A stretch of 64,000 bases of DNA from an uncultured bacterium (GTDB lineage Bacteria > Armatimonadota > Hebobacteria > Hebobacterales > Hebobacteraceae). A program made the position numbers and the translations under genes. The notes below the pieces were generated by a model that saw nothing but the letters and a program-made list of their open reading frames with translations, was not told where the DNA came from and did no database searches. Positions within the stretch are counted from its first letter, which is position 1; every line of letters begins with the position of its first letter. The DNA lies in NCBI GenBank assembly GCA_964559435.1, contig CAZLHI010000004.1, positions 23,408 through 87,407 on the forward strand. The letters run 5' to 3'. Below are positions 47,217-58,361 of this stretch, in pieces.

Positions 47217-50200
47217 ATGGCCGCGAAGGCCGGTATATACTCGTCACGTATGAGTTGGATAGTTGCCGCCCTGGATGCATGGGCGGACCTCGGGAAGATA
47301 CAGGAGGGGCTGCGAGGCAGCGCCTCCCGGGTTCGCGTGACCGGCGCCACGGGCCCGGCGAAGGCTCTCATCGCTGCTGCGGCCGCGCGGAGGTCAGGCC
47401 GAGCGGTCTTCGTCGTCTCTCCGAGCAGCGAGTCGGCTGAGCGATTTCACGACAACGTGGCCGCGCTGACGGGGGAGGGTCGCGCGGATACAGACGATCG
47501 CGTGGTGCTGCTGCCGTCGCTGGAGATCCTTCTTTACGAGGACGTCGCACCGGACCCGACGCTCGTCGGCCAACGGCTGCGCGCGCTTCGCCTCTTGCGG
47601 AATGGCGAGCCGCGCATCTTCGTCGCGAGCGGCCCGGCAGCTCTCCAGCGCTGCCTCCCGCCGGAAGCCTTGTCTTCGGCCTTTGTCGGCCTCTCCGAGG
47701 GTCAGGAACTTGACCGGGATTCGCTCGTCACAGAGCTGGTTGAGCTCGGATATGAGCGGGAGGCGATGGTCGAGTCGCCCGGCCAGCTGAGCGTTCGTGG
47801 GGGCATCGTCGATATCTTCCCGGCCGGCGCGCCAGACCCAGTCAGGATTGAGCTGTTCGGGGATGAGATCGAGTCGCTGCGCACGTTCGACCCCGACAGC
47901 CAGCGATCACTGGACGAGATACCCGAACTGACCGTGCTGCCCGCGCGGGAAGTCCTGCTGCGGCCGGATGCTGTCAAAGGAGCAATCCCTCGAATCGAGG
48001 AGGCTCTGAAGTCGCACTCCGACGAACTGCGGGGCGCCGGAAAGGAGGTCGAGGCAGGCCGGCTTGAGGAGAAGGTGGGGACGTTGCTGGAAGCGCTTCC
48101 CCAGGGCGCATACGTGCGTGGCGTCGAGTACCTGCTCCCGTTCCTGTATCCGTCAGGCGTCACCGCTCTGGACTACCTGCCCGACGACGCAATCGTTGTG
48201 CTGGACGAGCCCGTGCGCCTGTCGGAGCTTCATCGGGAGTTTCAGAGCGATCTGTCGAAGCTTCAGCTGGCACGCTCGGATCAGGGGCTGCTCCTGCCGC
48301 TGCCCGCTCCTCTCCACATTGACTTAGACGAGGCCGAGGCCCGGCTCGACGGACGCCCGGTGATAGAGATGAGCCACTTCGACGCACCGCCCCGCGGGAA
48401 GGTGAGTCAGCGAGTGGATGTCGCAAGCCGGCCGATGGAGGAGTTCGCCGGTGACATCCGCAGGATGGCGTTCGAGCTAGAGGGACTTCAGAGGAGAGGG
48501 ACACGAGTGCTCGTGGCCACGCGCCAGGGCGACCGCGTGGCCGAGCTGCTGGATGAGGCCGGGGTCGGGAACATGGTCAGGGAACAGACCGGCCCGGAGC
48601 CGAAGAGCGGACAACTGGTCATCTCCCAGCGACCCGTGAACGAAGGGTTCAAGCTGCCCGGCGCAGGTCTTGCAGTCGTCACGGATCGAGAGATATTCGG
48701 CTGGCGCCGCGTGCGCCGGCCTGTCCGACGTCGGGCGGCCGAGGCCGCGCCCATCGGCTCGCTCACCGATCTGCGAACAGGCGACTACGTCGTCCACATC
48801 AACCACGGCATTGGCATCTACCGCGGGCTCGTCCGCCGAGGGGTAGCGGAGGCTGAGCGCGAGTATCTGCTGATCGAATACGCCGACGAAGACCGACTCT
48901 ACGTGCCCACCGAGCAGTTCGACCGTGTCCAGAAGTACCTCGGCGGCGAGGAAGAACTGCCCCAGTTGCACCGGCTGGGCGGGGCGGAGTGGGAGCGCGC
49001 CAAGCGCCGCGCCCGGCGGTCTGCGCGCGAGATGGCCGGCGAGCTTCTCCGGCTCTACGCGGCCCGAAACAGTCGTCCAGGGCACGCCTTCGCGCCCGAC
49101 ACGCCATGGCAGCGCGAGATGGAGGACGGGTTCGAGTACGAGGAGACGCCTGACCAGCTCTCGGCGATTGCGGCCGTCAAGGAGGACATGGAAGCAGCCC
49201 GGCCGGCCGACCGGCTCGTCTGCGGTGACGTCGGGTACGGCAAGACCGAGGTGGCCATACGGGCCGGCTTCAAGGCCGTGATGGATGGGTGCCAGGTAGC
49301 GGTCCTGGCACCCACTACAGTGCTCGCCCAGCAGCACCATACTACCTTCAAGGAGCGGCTGAGCCCCTACCCGGTCCGCATAGAGATGTTGAGCCGCTTC
49401 CGCACCCGCAATGAACAGGAGACAGTCGTCGCCGACCTGGAGGCCGGCGCGGTGGACATCGTGATTGGAACCCATCGGCTTCTCTCCAACGACGTGAAGT
49501 TCAGACAGTTGGGCCTGGTGATAGTCGATGAGGAGCAGAGGTTCGGGGTCCGGCACAAGGAGAAGCTGAAGCAGCTGCGGACGACGGTAGACGTCATCAC
49601 CATGACCGCGACCCCGATTCCCCGGACACTCCACATGGCCCTGACGGGGATTCGCGACATGAGCGTGATCAACGATCCGCCGGAGGGGCGCACAGCCGTC
49701 ATCACTCGAACGCTGCCGCGTGAGGATGGGTTGATCGGAGAGGCAATCCTGAGAGAGCTCGAGCGCGGCGGCCAGGTCTACGTCGTCCACAATCGCGTGC
49801 AGTCAATCAGCCACATAGCGGAGCGGGTGAAGCAGCTCGTTCCGCACGCGAGGGTGCTTGTCGCGCACGGACAGATGAACGAGAGACAGCTCGAGGACGC
49901 GATGCTGCAGTTCTACGCGGGGGATACTCATGTTCTCGTGTGCACGACCATCATCGAGAACGGGCTGGACATACCGAACGCGAACACGCTGATCGTCACG
50001 GACGCTGACCGGCTGGGCCTGGCGCAGCTCTACCAGCTTCGGGGGCGCGTCGGCCGATCCAATCGGCAGGCCTATGCTTACCTGATGTGGACGCCGCACA
50101 AGCGACTGACCGACAGCGCAGAGAAGCGGATCGCGGCGATACGCGAGTTTTCCGAGCTTGGATCCGGCTTCAAGATAGCGCTTCGGGACCTGGAGATTCG

Positions 50201-50837
50201 CGGCGCGGGCAATCTGCTGGGGCCGGAGCAGCACGGGTTCATCGCAGCGGTCGGCTTCGAGCTCTACACGCAAATGCTTTCGGACGCGGTGCAGGAGGCC
50301 AAAGGAGAAGCGCCGCCGCCGAGGCCCCAGGTCAGTGTAGAGTTGCCGGTCCCCGCCTACCTGCCCGAGTCGTATGCCCCTGACCGGAATCAGCGCATCG
50401 ACCTGTATCGGCGACTGGCCGGCGCGCCCGACCACGGAAGACTCGAACAGATCGCCGGGGAAATCGCAGACCGTTTCGGCCACCCCATCCCAGCGCCTGC
50501 CCAGAACCTGATCAGGCTGGCCGGCGTCAAGATCAGGTGCGCCGAGGCGGGGGTGACGAGGATCAGCCTGGAAGGGAATCTGGCGGCTCTGCTGATCGCC
50601 GGAAACCGCCGGCTTACACCGCAAATGGTACGCAAGCTCCGACAGATGCTGCCGCCGAAAACCAGGATTTGGCTCGCCCTGGTAAACCACGACCGCGTCG
50701 TGGTTTCGCTGCGGAAAGCGCAGGCGGAACAGATATTCCCGCGGCTGGAGGAGGTGCTCACAGCCTTGGCCTCGCTGCCGCTCGAGAGCGAGGCCAAGCG
50801 TCACAGACGGCGAGAAGAGCTTGCTGCGCGGGGATGA
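47217..50837 (+). CDS. mfd: Transcription-repair coupling factor.
   Basis: 1206 aa. UvrB-homology N-terminal domains, a central RNAP-interacting domain, and a DEAD/DEAH-box helicase with motif I GDVGYGKTEVA, DEEQRFGV, and a TRG motif. Confidence 0.9.
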   Translation: MAAKAGIYSSRMSWIVAALDAWADLGKIQEGLRGSASRVRVTGATGPAKALIAAAAARRSGRAVFVVSPSSESAERFHDNVAALTGEGRADTDDRVVLLPSLEILLYEDVAPDPTLVGQRLRALRLLRNGEPRIFVASGPAALQRCLPPEALSSAFVGLSEGQELDRDSLVTELVELGYEREAMVESPGQLSVRGGIVDIFPAGAPDPVRIELFGDEIESLRTFDPDSQRSLDEIPELTVLPAREVLLRPDAVKGAIPRIEEALKSHSDELRGAGKEVEAGRLEEKVGTLLEALPQGAYVRGVEYLLPFLYPSGVTALDYLPDDAIVVLDEPVRLSELHREFQSDLSKLQLARSDQGLLLPLPAPLHIDLDEAEARLDGRPVIEMSHFDAPPRGKVSQRVDVASRPMEEFAGDIRRMAFELEGLQRRGTRVLVATRQGDRVAELLDEAGVGNMVREQTGPEPKSGQLVISQRPVNEGFKLPGAGLAVVTDREIFGWRRVRRPVRRRAAEAAPIGSLTDLRTGDYVVHINHGIGIYRGLVRRGVAEAEREYLLIEYADEDRLYVPTEQFDRVQKYLGGEEELPQLHRLGGAEWERAKRRARRSAREMAGELLRLYAARNSRPGHAFAPDTPWQREMEDGFEYEETPDQLSAIAAVKEDMEAARPADRLVCGDVGYGKTEVAIRAGFKAVMDGCQVAVLAPTTVLAQQHHTTFKERLSPYPVRIEMLSRFRTRNEQETVVADLEAGAVDIVIGTHRLLSNDVKFRQLGLVIVDEEQRFGVRHKEKLKQLRTTVDVITMTATPIPRTLHMALTGIRDMSVINDPPEGRTAVITRTLPREDGLIGEAILRELERGGQVYVVHNRVQSISHIAERVKQLVPHARVLVAHGQMNERQLEDAMLQFYAGDTHVLVCTTIIENGLDIPNANTLIVTDADRLGLAQLYQLRGRVGRSNRQAYAYLMWTPHKRLTDSAEKRIAAIREFSELGSGFKIALRDLEIRGAGNLLGPEQHGFIAAVGFELYTQMLSDAVQEAKGEAPPPRPQVSVELPVPAYLPESYAPDRNQRIDLYRRLAGAPDHGRLEQIAGEIADRFGHPIPAPAQNLIRLAGVKIRCAEAGVTRISLEGNLAALLIAGNRRLTPQMVRKLRQMLPPKTRIWLALVNHDRVVVSLRKAQAEQIFPRLEEVLTALASLPLESEAKRHRRREELAARG

Positions 50838-50844
50838 GGAGACA

Positions 50845-51699
50845 ATGATGCCCAGAGTGGTTTGCCTATGTTTCCGACGGGCCGGCAAGTCATACTACTT
50901 CGATGCCCGCGACCTGGACCTCAAGCCCGGCGATCAGGTCGTGGCAAACACAGCCCGCGGCCAAGAAATGGCAGAAGTCCGCTCCAGCCCGATAGAGATA
51001 GGGGCCGAACAGGCGAAGGAGGAACTGAAGCCGGTCCTCCGCAGGGCGACGGAGGGAGACCTGCAAAACGATCAGGAGAACTTGACGCGCGAGCAGGAGG
51101 CCATGCAGGTGGCGGCGCGCAAGATTGCCGAGCACGGGCTGCCCATGAAGTTGATCGAGGCCGAGGCCACCCTGGACGGGGGCAGGGTGGTACTGCACTT
51201 CCGCGCCGAGGGCCGGGTAGACTTCCGCGCGCTCGTGCGAGACCTGGCGCGGACGCTTCACACGCGGGTGGAGCTCCACCAAGTGGGCGTGCGCGACGAG
51301 GCCAAGATGCGGGGCGGCCTGGGGCACTGCGGGCGCCCCCTGTGCTGTGCGACGTTCCTCACGGACTTCGATCCGGTCGGCATAAAGATGGCAAAGGAGC
51401 AAGAACTTTCCCTGAATCCGCAGAAGATCTCGGGTATATGCGGCCGGCTCATGTGCTGCTTGAACTTCGAGTATGACTTCTACCGGGAGGCCCGCCAGTG
51501 TGTCCCGAAGACTGGTAGCCGGATCGACACGAAGCAAGGACCCGGCCAATTAGCCGAGATCGATGTCGTCCGGGACCGCGCGGTCGTCGCTCTCGACGGC
51601 GGCGCGAAGCTGCAACTCCCACTGTCGGCGGTCGCGAGACACAAGCGGGGCTGTCCGCATGAGGTGAGGGGCAAGCAGGAAGAGACGGGCGAAGACTAG
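50845..51699 (+). CDS. PSP1 C-terminal domain protein (RicT/YaaT-like regulatory Fe-S protein).
   Basis: CCATFL...ISGICGRLMCCLNFE cysteine motif typical of YaaT/PSP1. RBS GAGGAG precedes the ATGATG at 50845. Confidence 0.8.
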   Translation: MMPRVVCLCFRRAGKSYYFDARDLDLKPGDQVVANTARGQEMAEVRSSPIEIGAEQAKEELKPVLRRATEGDLQNDQENLTREQEAMQVAARKIAEHGLPMKLIEAEATLDGGRVVLHFRAEGRVDFRALVRDLARTLHTRVELHQVGVRDEAKMRGGLGHCGRPLCCATFLTDFDPVGIKMAKEQELSLNPQKISGICGRLMCCLNFEYDFYREARQCVPKTGSRIDTKQGPGQLAEIDVVRDRAVVALDGGAKLQLPLSAVARHKRGCPHEVRGKQEETGED

Positions 51700-51832
51700 C
51701 CGGACGGTCCCTGCCGAGCACTGGCTGGGAAGGACACCCCACCGGATCCCTCGAACTCGTGTCGGGCGCACAGAGGCCGAGGGCAGCGCGGCGCTCGGCT
51801 TTGCGCGATCCTGTGTGGGAGGATCCCAAGGC

Positions 51833-52831
51833 ATGGCGCGAAGGGTGAAGCTGGGCTTAGTCGGATGCGGCGGGTTCATGCGGGCCCATGTGCGGCGGCT
51901 TGCGGCAGTCAGAGCAGCCGAGATTGCGGCACTGGTGGAGCCGAGCAGCAGGAATCTCAAGGGGTTCCTCGGACACCATCCCGAGCTGGAAGACCTGCCC
52001 ACTTTCAGGGACGACCAGGACATGCTCGGGCGCGTGGAGTTAGATGGTGTCGTCATCGCCTCGCCCCACACCCTGCACTACGAGCAGATCATGGGAGCGC
52101 TGGACCATGGCCTGCACGTACTCACCGAGAAGCCGATGGTCTGCAGTGTGAGGGAAGCAAAGGAAGTCATCAGCAAGGCCAAGCGAAAGAGCCGCCTCCT
52201 TATGATAGGCTATCAGCGCCATTACCTCCCCGCCTTTCGCCTCGCGCGTCGGATGATCGCATCGGGCAAGCTCGGACGAGTCACCTTCGTCGCCGCCCTT
52301 CAGGCTCAGAACTGGCTTCGCGGGACGCGGGGCACTTGGCGGCAGGACCCCGACCTCAGCGGCGGCGGGCAGCTCAATGACTCGGGGAGCCATCTCCTTG
52401 ACGCCATCCTGTGGGTCACCGACCTCACACCGGACGTTGTCTGCGCGCAGACGGACAACAGAGGCAGCAAGGTCGACATCCTGTCTGGCTTGACGGTTCG
52501 ATTCGAGGGCGGCGCCATCGGGAACATCGCTGTCGTCGGCGACGCTCCGGAATGGTGGGAAGATGTGACGTTCTACGGCGAGAAGGCCGCTCTCTACGTC
52601 CGGGACAACCGCCTCATTCTCCAGTCACGCAGCCGCGACGGAGCCGGGAAGACAGAGGACATGACCCGTAAGCTCAAGTACAAGGGCGACCCCGATAGGA
52701 ACTTCGTCGATTCAATCCTAGGAAAGGACGAGCCGCAGACACCTGCTCTCTGTGGGCTTCGCGTCGCGCAGCTGACAGAGGCGGCCTGGCAGTCGGCCCG
52801 CACCCGCAAGCCCGTGAAGGTGAAGCGATGA
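51833..52831 (+). CDS. Gfo/Idh/MocA-family NAD(P)-dependent oxidoreductase.
   Basis: N-terminal Rossmann block VKLGLVGCGGFMRAHV and a central EKP motif (VLTEKPM). RBS GGGAGGAT upstream. Confidence 0.8.
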   Translation: MARRVKLGLVGCGGFMRAHVRRLAAVRAAEIAALVEPSSRNLKGFLGHHPELEDLPTFRDDQDMLGRVELDGVVIASPHTLHYEQIMGALDHGLHVLTEKPMVCSVREAKEVISKAKRKSRLLMIGYQRHYLPAFRLARRMIASGKLGRVTFVAALQAQNWLRGTRGTWRQDPDLSGGGQLNDSGSHLLDAILWVTDLTPDVVCAQTDNRGSKVDILSGLTVRFEGGAIGNIAVVGDAPEWWEDVTFYGEKAALYVRDNRLILQSRSRDGAGKTEDMTRKLKYKGDPDRNFVDSILGKDEPQTPALCGLRVAQLTEAAWQSARTRKPVKVKR

Positions 52832-52844
52832 GAGGCCGGGCCGG

Positions 52845-53978
<1,134 letters not shown>

Positions 53979-54218
53979 CTATTCCGGTTCTTCCTCGGGT
54001 TCCTCCCCCCGGATCTTCACACGACCGTCGGCGATCTCCTCGATCGCCCGGTTGACAAGCCCCCCGCCGGTGGGCTCGAGGGCGCTATGAATGGGCTCCT
54101 TTAGATCGTGGGCCCGCTTTGCCACTCCCACTACGAGAGCATACTTGCCAAATCGCTTCGACAATCGGTCAAGCACTTCGGTGCTTTCTGCGATTCCCCT
54201 GCGAGACTTCTGCCTCAT
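53979..54218 (-). CDS. rpoZ: DNA-directed RNA polymerase subunit omega.
   Basis: 79 aa. It aligns with Bacillus RpoZ: LDRLSKRFGKYALVVGVAKRAHDL versus LDSKYTLVTVSARRAREM, and NRAIEEIADGRV versus GKALEEIDAGLL. Confidence 0.75.
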   Translation of the reverse strand: MRQKSRRGIAESTEVLDRLSKRFGKYALVVGVAKRAHDLKEPIHSALEPTGGGLVNRAIEEIADGRVKIRGEEPEEEPE

Positions 54219-54323
54219 AGGCTGCCACCCTTGGTTATTGAATTTCCACCTGGCGGACAGATTCCTAACAATACGGACTGCTGGCGACCGCTGTCCGGGC
54301 GTACTGTCACCCAGCGGAAACGC

Positions 54324-54956
54324 TCAGACCCCCTCCAGATGAAGGCGTCGCTGGCGCGCCGCGCGAACAGGCGCGAAGCTGAGCCTGTGCTCGGGACACG
54401 CCCCGAGTTCAAGCAGGCGAGCCAGGTGCTGGCGGGTGCTATAGCCTTTGTGCCGCGCGAACCCGTACCCGGGGTAGGCCCGGTCAAGTTCCATCATCAT
54501 CCTGTCGCGCACCACTTTCGCCACGATGGAGGCGGCCGCAATTGAGCCGCACGTCCGATCACCGCCGACTATCGCCCGCTGCGGAAGTCCCACACCGGGC
54601 AGCCCGCGGCCGTCCACAAGCAGCAGGTCGGGCCGCGGTCGGAGCTGCCGCACAGCCTCGTTCATGGCGAAGTGCGTCGCACGCAATACATTGAGTCGGT
54701 CCACCGTCCGGGCATCGGCCACTCCGACGGCGACACACACCGCCTTCTCGCGAATCCGGTCGAAGAGTCGCTCACGCTGCTCAGCCTTGAGGAGCTTCGA
54801 ATCAGCGAGACCAGGCAGCCGGCAGCCGTCGGAGAGGATCGCCGCGGCCGCCACCACTGGTCCGGCGATAGGGCCGCGGCCGGCTTCGTCAACTCCGGCG
54901 ATACGAAGGAAGCCCTGCCCCCGAAGCTCTCGCTCCGTCTTCCACAGGCCTCTCAC
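54324..54956 (-). CDS. rnhB: Ribonuclease HII.
   Basis: IAGVDEAGRGPIAGPVVAAA...DSK.L....R........AVG......ID..N.L.A...AM..A........LLVDG. Confidence 0.9.
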   Translation of the reverse strand: MRGLWKTERELRGQGFLRIAGVDEAGRGPIAGPVVAAAAILSDGCRLPGLADSKLLKAEQRERLFDRIREKAVCVAVGVADARTVDRLNVLRATHFAMNEAVRQLRPRPDLLLVDGRGLPGVGLPQRAIVGGDRTCGSIAAASIVAKVVRDRMMMELDRAYPGYGFARHKGYSTRQHLARLLELGACPEHRLSFAPVRAARQRRLHLEGV

Positions 54957-55000
54957 ACCCGACCTCCACCGACCGACAGGCGCAGCGGAAATGCCTCCGC

Positions 55001-55756
55001 TCAGGGTGAGACGCCGCCGGCCGGCACCCGGCTGGCGGTCGCCACTTCGGTGCCTTCCCCCAGCTGGACCTGCTTGTGGTCGCCCACCAGTCGCACCCTG
55101 GCCGGCGGCCAGAATATCACCATTGCCTTGCCGACGATCCCGCTTGCCTTAAGCTCGGGCCGCGGGCGCCCATCCAGCCCCGTCCATTTGTGGCTGTCGT
55201 TGCTCTCGTTCCGGTTGTCACCAAGGACGAAGTAGCAGTCTTCTGGGACCCGGTAAGGCTCATCGGCCGGCATGCCGTACTCATCGAGCGGCCACTCGTA
55301 CTCGGGGCGCGCAATCTCTGCTGGCTCCTCCACCCGCCGCCCGTTGACGTAGACGCCGTCCCCGCGCCTGATCCTGATTGTATCGCCGGGGAGGCCCACC
55401 AATCGCTTGACGAAGTCCTTGCGGCCGTCTCCATAGAGGGCATGCCGCGGCGCATCGAACACGATGATGTCGCCGCGCTGCGGCGGGTTGAAACGATAGA
55501 CGAACTTGTTCACCAGTATCCGGTCGTGCTCAACCAGCGAGGGCGCCATGGATCTCGACGGGATATAGAAGGCCTGAACGACCAATGGCCGGATGAGAAG
55601 GAAGACGAGAACGAAAGCGATCAAGCCCGAGTCGAGCAGCTCCAACATGAAGGCCCGGCCGGGCGCGTGGCGCCAAAGGCCCCACACTATGCGAAGGAAG
55701 GCCAGCAGACAGATTACGGCCGCGATCTTCCAGGGCTGGTCGAGGTTCAGGTTCAT
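55001..55756 (-). CDS. lepB: Signal peptidase I.
   Basis: N-terminal TM segment, catalytic SRSMAPSL (Ser) and KRLVGLPGD (Lys) boxes, and GDNRNESNDSH. Confidence 0.85.
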   Translation of the reverse strand: MNLNLDQPWKIAAVICLLAFLRIVWGLWRHAPGRAFMLELLDSGLIAFVLVFLLIRPLVVQAFYIPSRSMAPSLVEHDRILVNKFVYRFNPPQRGDIIVFDAPRHALYGDGRKDFVKRLVGLPGDTIRIRRGDGVYVNGRRVEEPAEIARPEYEWPLDEYGMPADEPYRVPEDCYFVLGDNRNESNDSHKWTGLDGRPRPELKASGIVGKAMVIFWPPARVRLVGDHKQVQLGEGTEVATASRVPAGGVSP

Positions 55757-55757
55757 G

Positions 55758-56105
55758 CTATCGACGGCGATCCTCTTTGACGCGGGCAGCGCGGCCCACC
55801 CGGTGACGCAGGTAGAACAGCTTCGCCCTACGCACCCGGCCTCGACGCAGGGCCTCTATGTGCTCCACCCGGGGCGAATGCAACAGGAAGGTACGCTCGA
55901 CACCGACTCCGTGAGTGACTCGCCGAACAGTGAATGTCTCTTTCAGGCCCTTGCCACGGCGCGCCATGACCACCCCCTGAAACGGCTGAGACCGTTCTCT
56001 CCCGCCCTCGACGACTCGGACCGTAACCCGGACCAGGTCCCCGGGCTGGAAATCCGGCACTTCGGCGCGAAGCTGTGCCTTCTCGGTGTTCTCGATCGCA
56101 AGCAT
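55758..56105 (-). CDS. rplS: 50S ribosomal protein L19.
   Basis: [36 protein letters not shown]...GVGVER.F.LHSP. Confidence 0.9.
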   Translation of the reverse strand: MLAIENTEKAQLRAEVPDFQPGDLVRVTVRVVEGGRERSQPFQGVVMARRGKGLKETFTVRRVTHGVGVERTFLLHSPRVEHIEALRRGRVRRAKLFYLRHRVGRAARVKEDRRR

Positions 56106-56176
56106 GTGCGTTCACTCCCGGGGAGAAAGCCTGGCGGGTGAGACGCCGGCGTGTGGGTCACCCCTACGACTTCGTG

Positions 56177-56206
56177 AGTATAGCACATCACGGCGCAGCG
56201 GCGCAA
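56177..56206 (-). promoter_or_regulatory. Putative sigma70 promoter (minus strand) TTGCGC-18-TATACT with an extended -10 TG, upstream of rplS.
   Basis: On the minus strand: TTGCGC (56206-56201), an 18-nt spacer, then TGcTATACT (-10 at 56182-56177). The rplS ATG is at 56105. Confidence 0.4.
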
Positions 56207-56241
56207 GCCGAACGGACCCAAGAGGAATCCGACACAAGACT

Positions 56242-56270
56242 GCCGGCCCGGCGGCAACCGCCGGGCCGGC
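56242..56270 (-). terminator. GC-only 13-bp perfect hairpin (GCCGGCCCGGCGG-caa-CCGCCGGGCCGGC) directly downstream of the 56292..56903 gene; a likely intrinsic-type terminator with a weak U-tract (AGUCUUGUGUC).
   Basis: Perfect inverted repeat at 56242-56254 and 56258-56270. It sits between the stop of the hypothetical gene and the rplS promoter. Confidence 0.4.
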
Positions 56271-56291
56271 CTACACTAGTTGTCCTACGGC

Positions 56292-56903
56292 TCAGTGAAT
56301 GAGCCGCTGACCTGTCACTTCGTTAAGATCGGTCACGCCCGGTCCCTGATGGGGGATTCTGACCAGCAGGTGCTGATCGCTCAGGTTGGCGACGAAGAAC
56401 AGCACGCCCTTGCGGGTTCCCAGTATTGGCTCAACAAGGTCACTGTCCGCCTTCAGCTTGAAGAAGATGGGGAGGACGGTAGGACGAAAGATGCCGATTA
56501 CAGAGGGGCCTTCTTCTTCAGAACCGTAGCGGCGCCAGTGGTAGAGGAAGGTATCTTCGGGCTTGAACACACCGTCCCACCCGTAGATAACCATGAGGCT
56601 GATCTCATGAGTGTCGGCCGACTCCGGACCCAGCGCCGCGTCGTGGAGTCCTGTGGCAAGCCGCAATCCCTTGTCAGTGCCGATGAACTCGTACCGAAAT
56701 CCTGAGCCTACAGCGCCTGAGAATTCCTCGGGTAGGTCGCGGAACTCGTAATAGCAACCACGGTCCGACAGCACTACCCGGACCAAGTCATTGGTGTACT
56801 CCAGACCCGCCCCGACTTGGTCCTTGATGTAGTCGATCATGACCTGGTACTCAGGTCGCCGGGACTGCCCCAGCTGCGGTAGCTCGCGTTCTCTCCAGTC
56901 CAT
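56292..56903 (-). CDS. Hypothetical cytoplasmic protein (203 aa), family not recognised.
   Basis: Codon usage consistent with a real gene and a strong hairpin after its stop. It occupies the slot upstream of rplS where trmD/rimM usually lie, but it does not look like a SPOUT methyltransferase. Confidence 0.55.
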   Translation of the reverse strand: MDWRERELPQLGQSRRPEYQVMIDYIKDQVGAGLEYTNDLVRVVLSDRGCYYEFRDLPEEFSGAVGSGFRYEFIGTDKGLRLATGLHDAALGPESADTHEISLMVIYGWDGVFKPEDTFLYHWRRYGSEEEGPSVIGIFRPTVLPIFFKLKADSDLVEPILGTRKGVLFFVANLSDQHLLVRIPHQGPGVTDLNEVTGQRLIH

Positions 56904-57098
56904 GGCCAGTTCCTCTCCGGGAACCCCTGTGAGCCAATTTGATCATACCCATTGAAGGATGCAAGCTACCCCCCAGTTTCGTACCTTCCGCTGGCTATAT
57001 ACCACGATTCGTGTACGAGAAGGACACGAATTCAACATGCGTTGTGTTGGATCGTTGACGGGCGATCTCCTGTGGTATACTGTCACAGGTTCGTGCAA

Positions 57099-58310
57099 AT
57101 GCGCATCCTCAACTTGCTGTTCCTACTACTGGCCGTTGCCTTATGCCACACCCCTGCCTCCGCCCAGGAGGCCGCTCCCCGACCTGATGACGAGAGCGAC
57201 GGTACGGTGGCCGTCATTCCCGGAAAGCCGCCGGAGGAAATGACCGAGGAGGAGAAGTCCGATGCCGAGATCGGCAAGTCCGCGGCGGAGGAAATCGAGA
57301 GGCAGTCCAAGCGCTTCAAGCTGGTGGAGAACAGCCCGGATCTGCTTCGCATCGCCGGGGTCGTAGAGAGGCTGCGGCCGGCAACGCAGAAGGCCCTGCA
57401 GAAGTACGAGATAAGAGTCATCGATAGCAAGGGGGTCAACGCCATCGCTCTACCGGGCGGGTACGTCTACTTCACGCAGGGCGCGCTGGACGCCGTCGAG
57501 TCAGAGGACGAGCTGGCGGCGATGGCTGCGCACGAGATGGCCCACGTATGCCTCATGCATTCCCGCAAGTTGATGAGCAAGGACGAGAAGTACCAGAGGA
57601 TTCTCGGCTCGCTGCTCGTCGTCTCAATTCTCAGCAACGCCGAAGGCGTCAGCCCCGGAGCTATCGCGACAGTGGGACAGCTGGTGATGGAGGACGCGGT
57701 GAATCACTACGGCCGCGAGGCGGAGCTCGAGGCCGATCGCGAGGCCGTGCTCTATCTGCATCGGAGTGCCCCCTACAATCCGGTGGCGGTCCTCACCGTG
57801 GTGGAAGGACTGGCGCGCATGGAGGCCGCTGTTGGCGACCCCGAGCTCGGCGTCTTCCAGACACACCCTTGCGGCAGAGAGCGGGTCGAGGCCGTGCTCG
57901 CGCAGTTGAAACAACTGGGAGTGCCCGTTGAGCGGCGACGTGTCACGCGGTCCCTCGTAGCAGACTATGGTTCAATCTCCGAGGGCGGGGCGGAGATCGG
58001 CGAACTGCGTCTCAACGGAAGAGCAGTTTTCCGACCGGCTAGGGAACTCCATGGTCTCACACCGGTGGAGCGGGCCGAGCAGAGCGCCGACATGTTCAAC
58101 CGGTTGCTGCTCGAGAACCTCCGCTTGCTCGAGATCCTGGCCGTGACTGACGGTGATCTCATCCGTGTCCAGGCCCGCGGCGAAACCATCTTTGTCATCA
58201 CGCCCGGAGATGCAAGCTTCCACGAGTCGGACACCAAGGCTATGGCTCAGGAGGCCATGGCGGCGATCCGGCTGGGGTTCACCGAGGAGAAAGTGCAGCG
58301 CGCCTACTGA
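57099..58310 (+). CDS. Secreted M48-family zinc metallopeptidase.
   Basis: The start was chosen at MRILNLLFLLLAVALCHTPASA (signal peptide). HExxH motif AAHEMAHVCLMH with a downstream Glu-containing block EAELEADREAV. The track ORF is over-extended from 56952. Confidence 0.75.
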   Translation: MRILNLLFLLLAVALCHTPASAQEAAPRPDDESDGTVAVIPGKPPEEMTEEEKSDAEIGKSAAEEIERQSKRFKLVENSPDLLRIAGVVERLRPATQKALQKYEIRVIDSKGVNAIALPGGYVYFTQGALDAVESEDELAAMAAHEMAHVCLMHSRKLMSKDEKYQRILGSLLVVSILSNAEGVSPGAIATVGQLVMEDAVNHYGREAELEADREAVLYLHRSAPYNPVAVLTVVEGLARMEAAVGDPELGVFQTHPCGRERVEAVLAQLKQLGVPVERRRVTRSLVADYGSISEGGAEIGELRLNGRAVFRPARELHGLTPVERAEQSADMFNRLLLENLRLLEILAVTDGDLIRVQARGETIFVITPGDASFHESDTKAMAQEAMAAIRLGFTEEKVQRAY

Positions 58311-58361
58311 GCCCCCGCCCCCGCTGGAAGAGATGCACGCAGACTGCACCAGTCCGGCCGG

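Noticed and set aside
48477-49790. 437-aa minus-strand ORF inside mfd
   Set aside because: It is antisense to an unambiguous Mfd reading frame.
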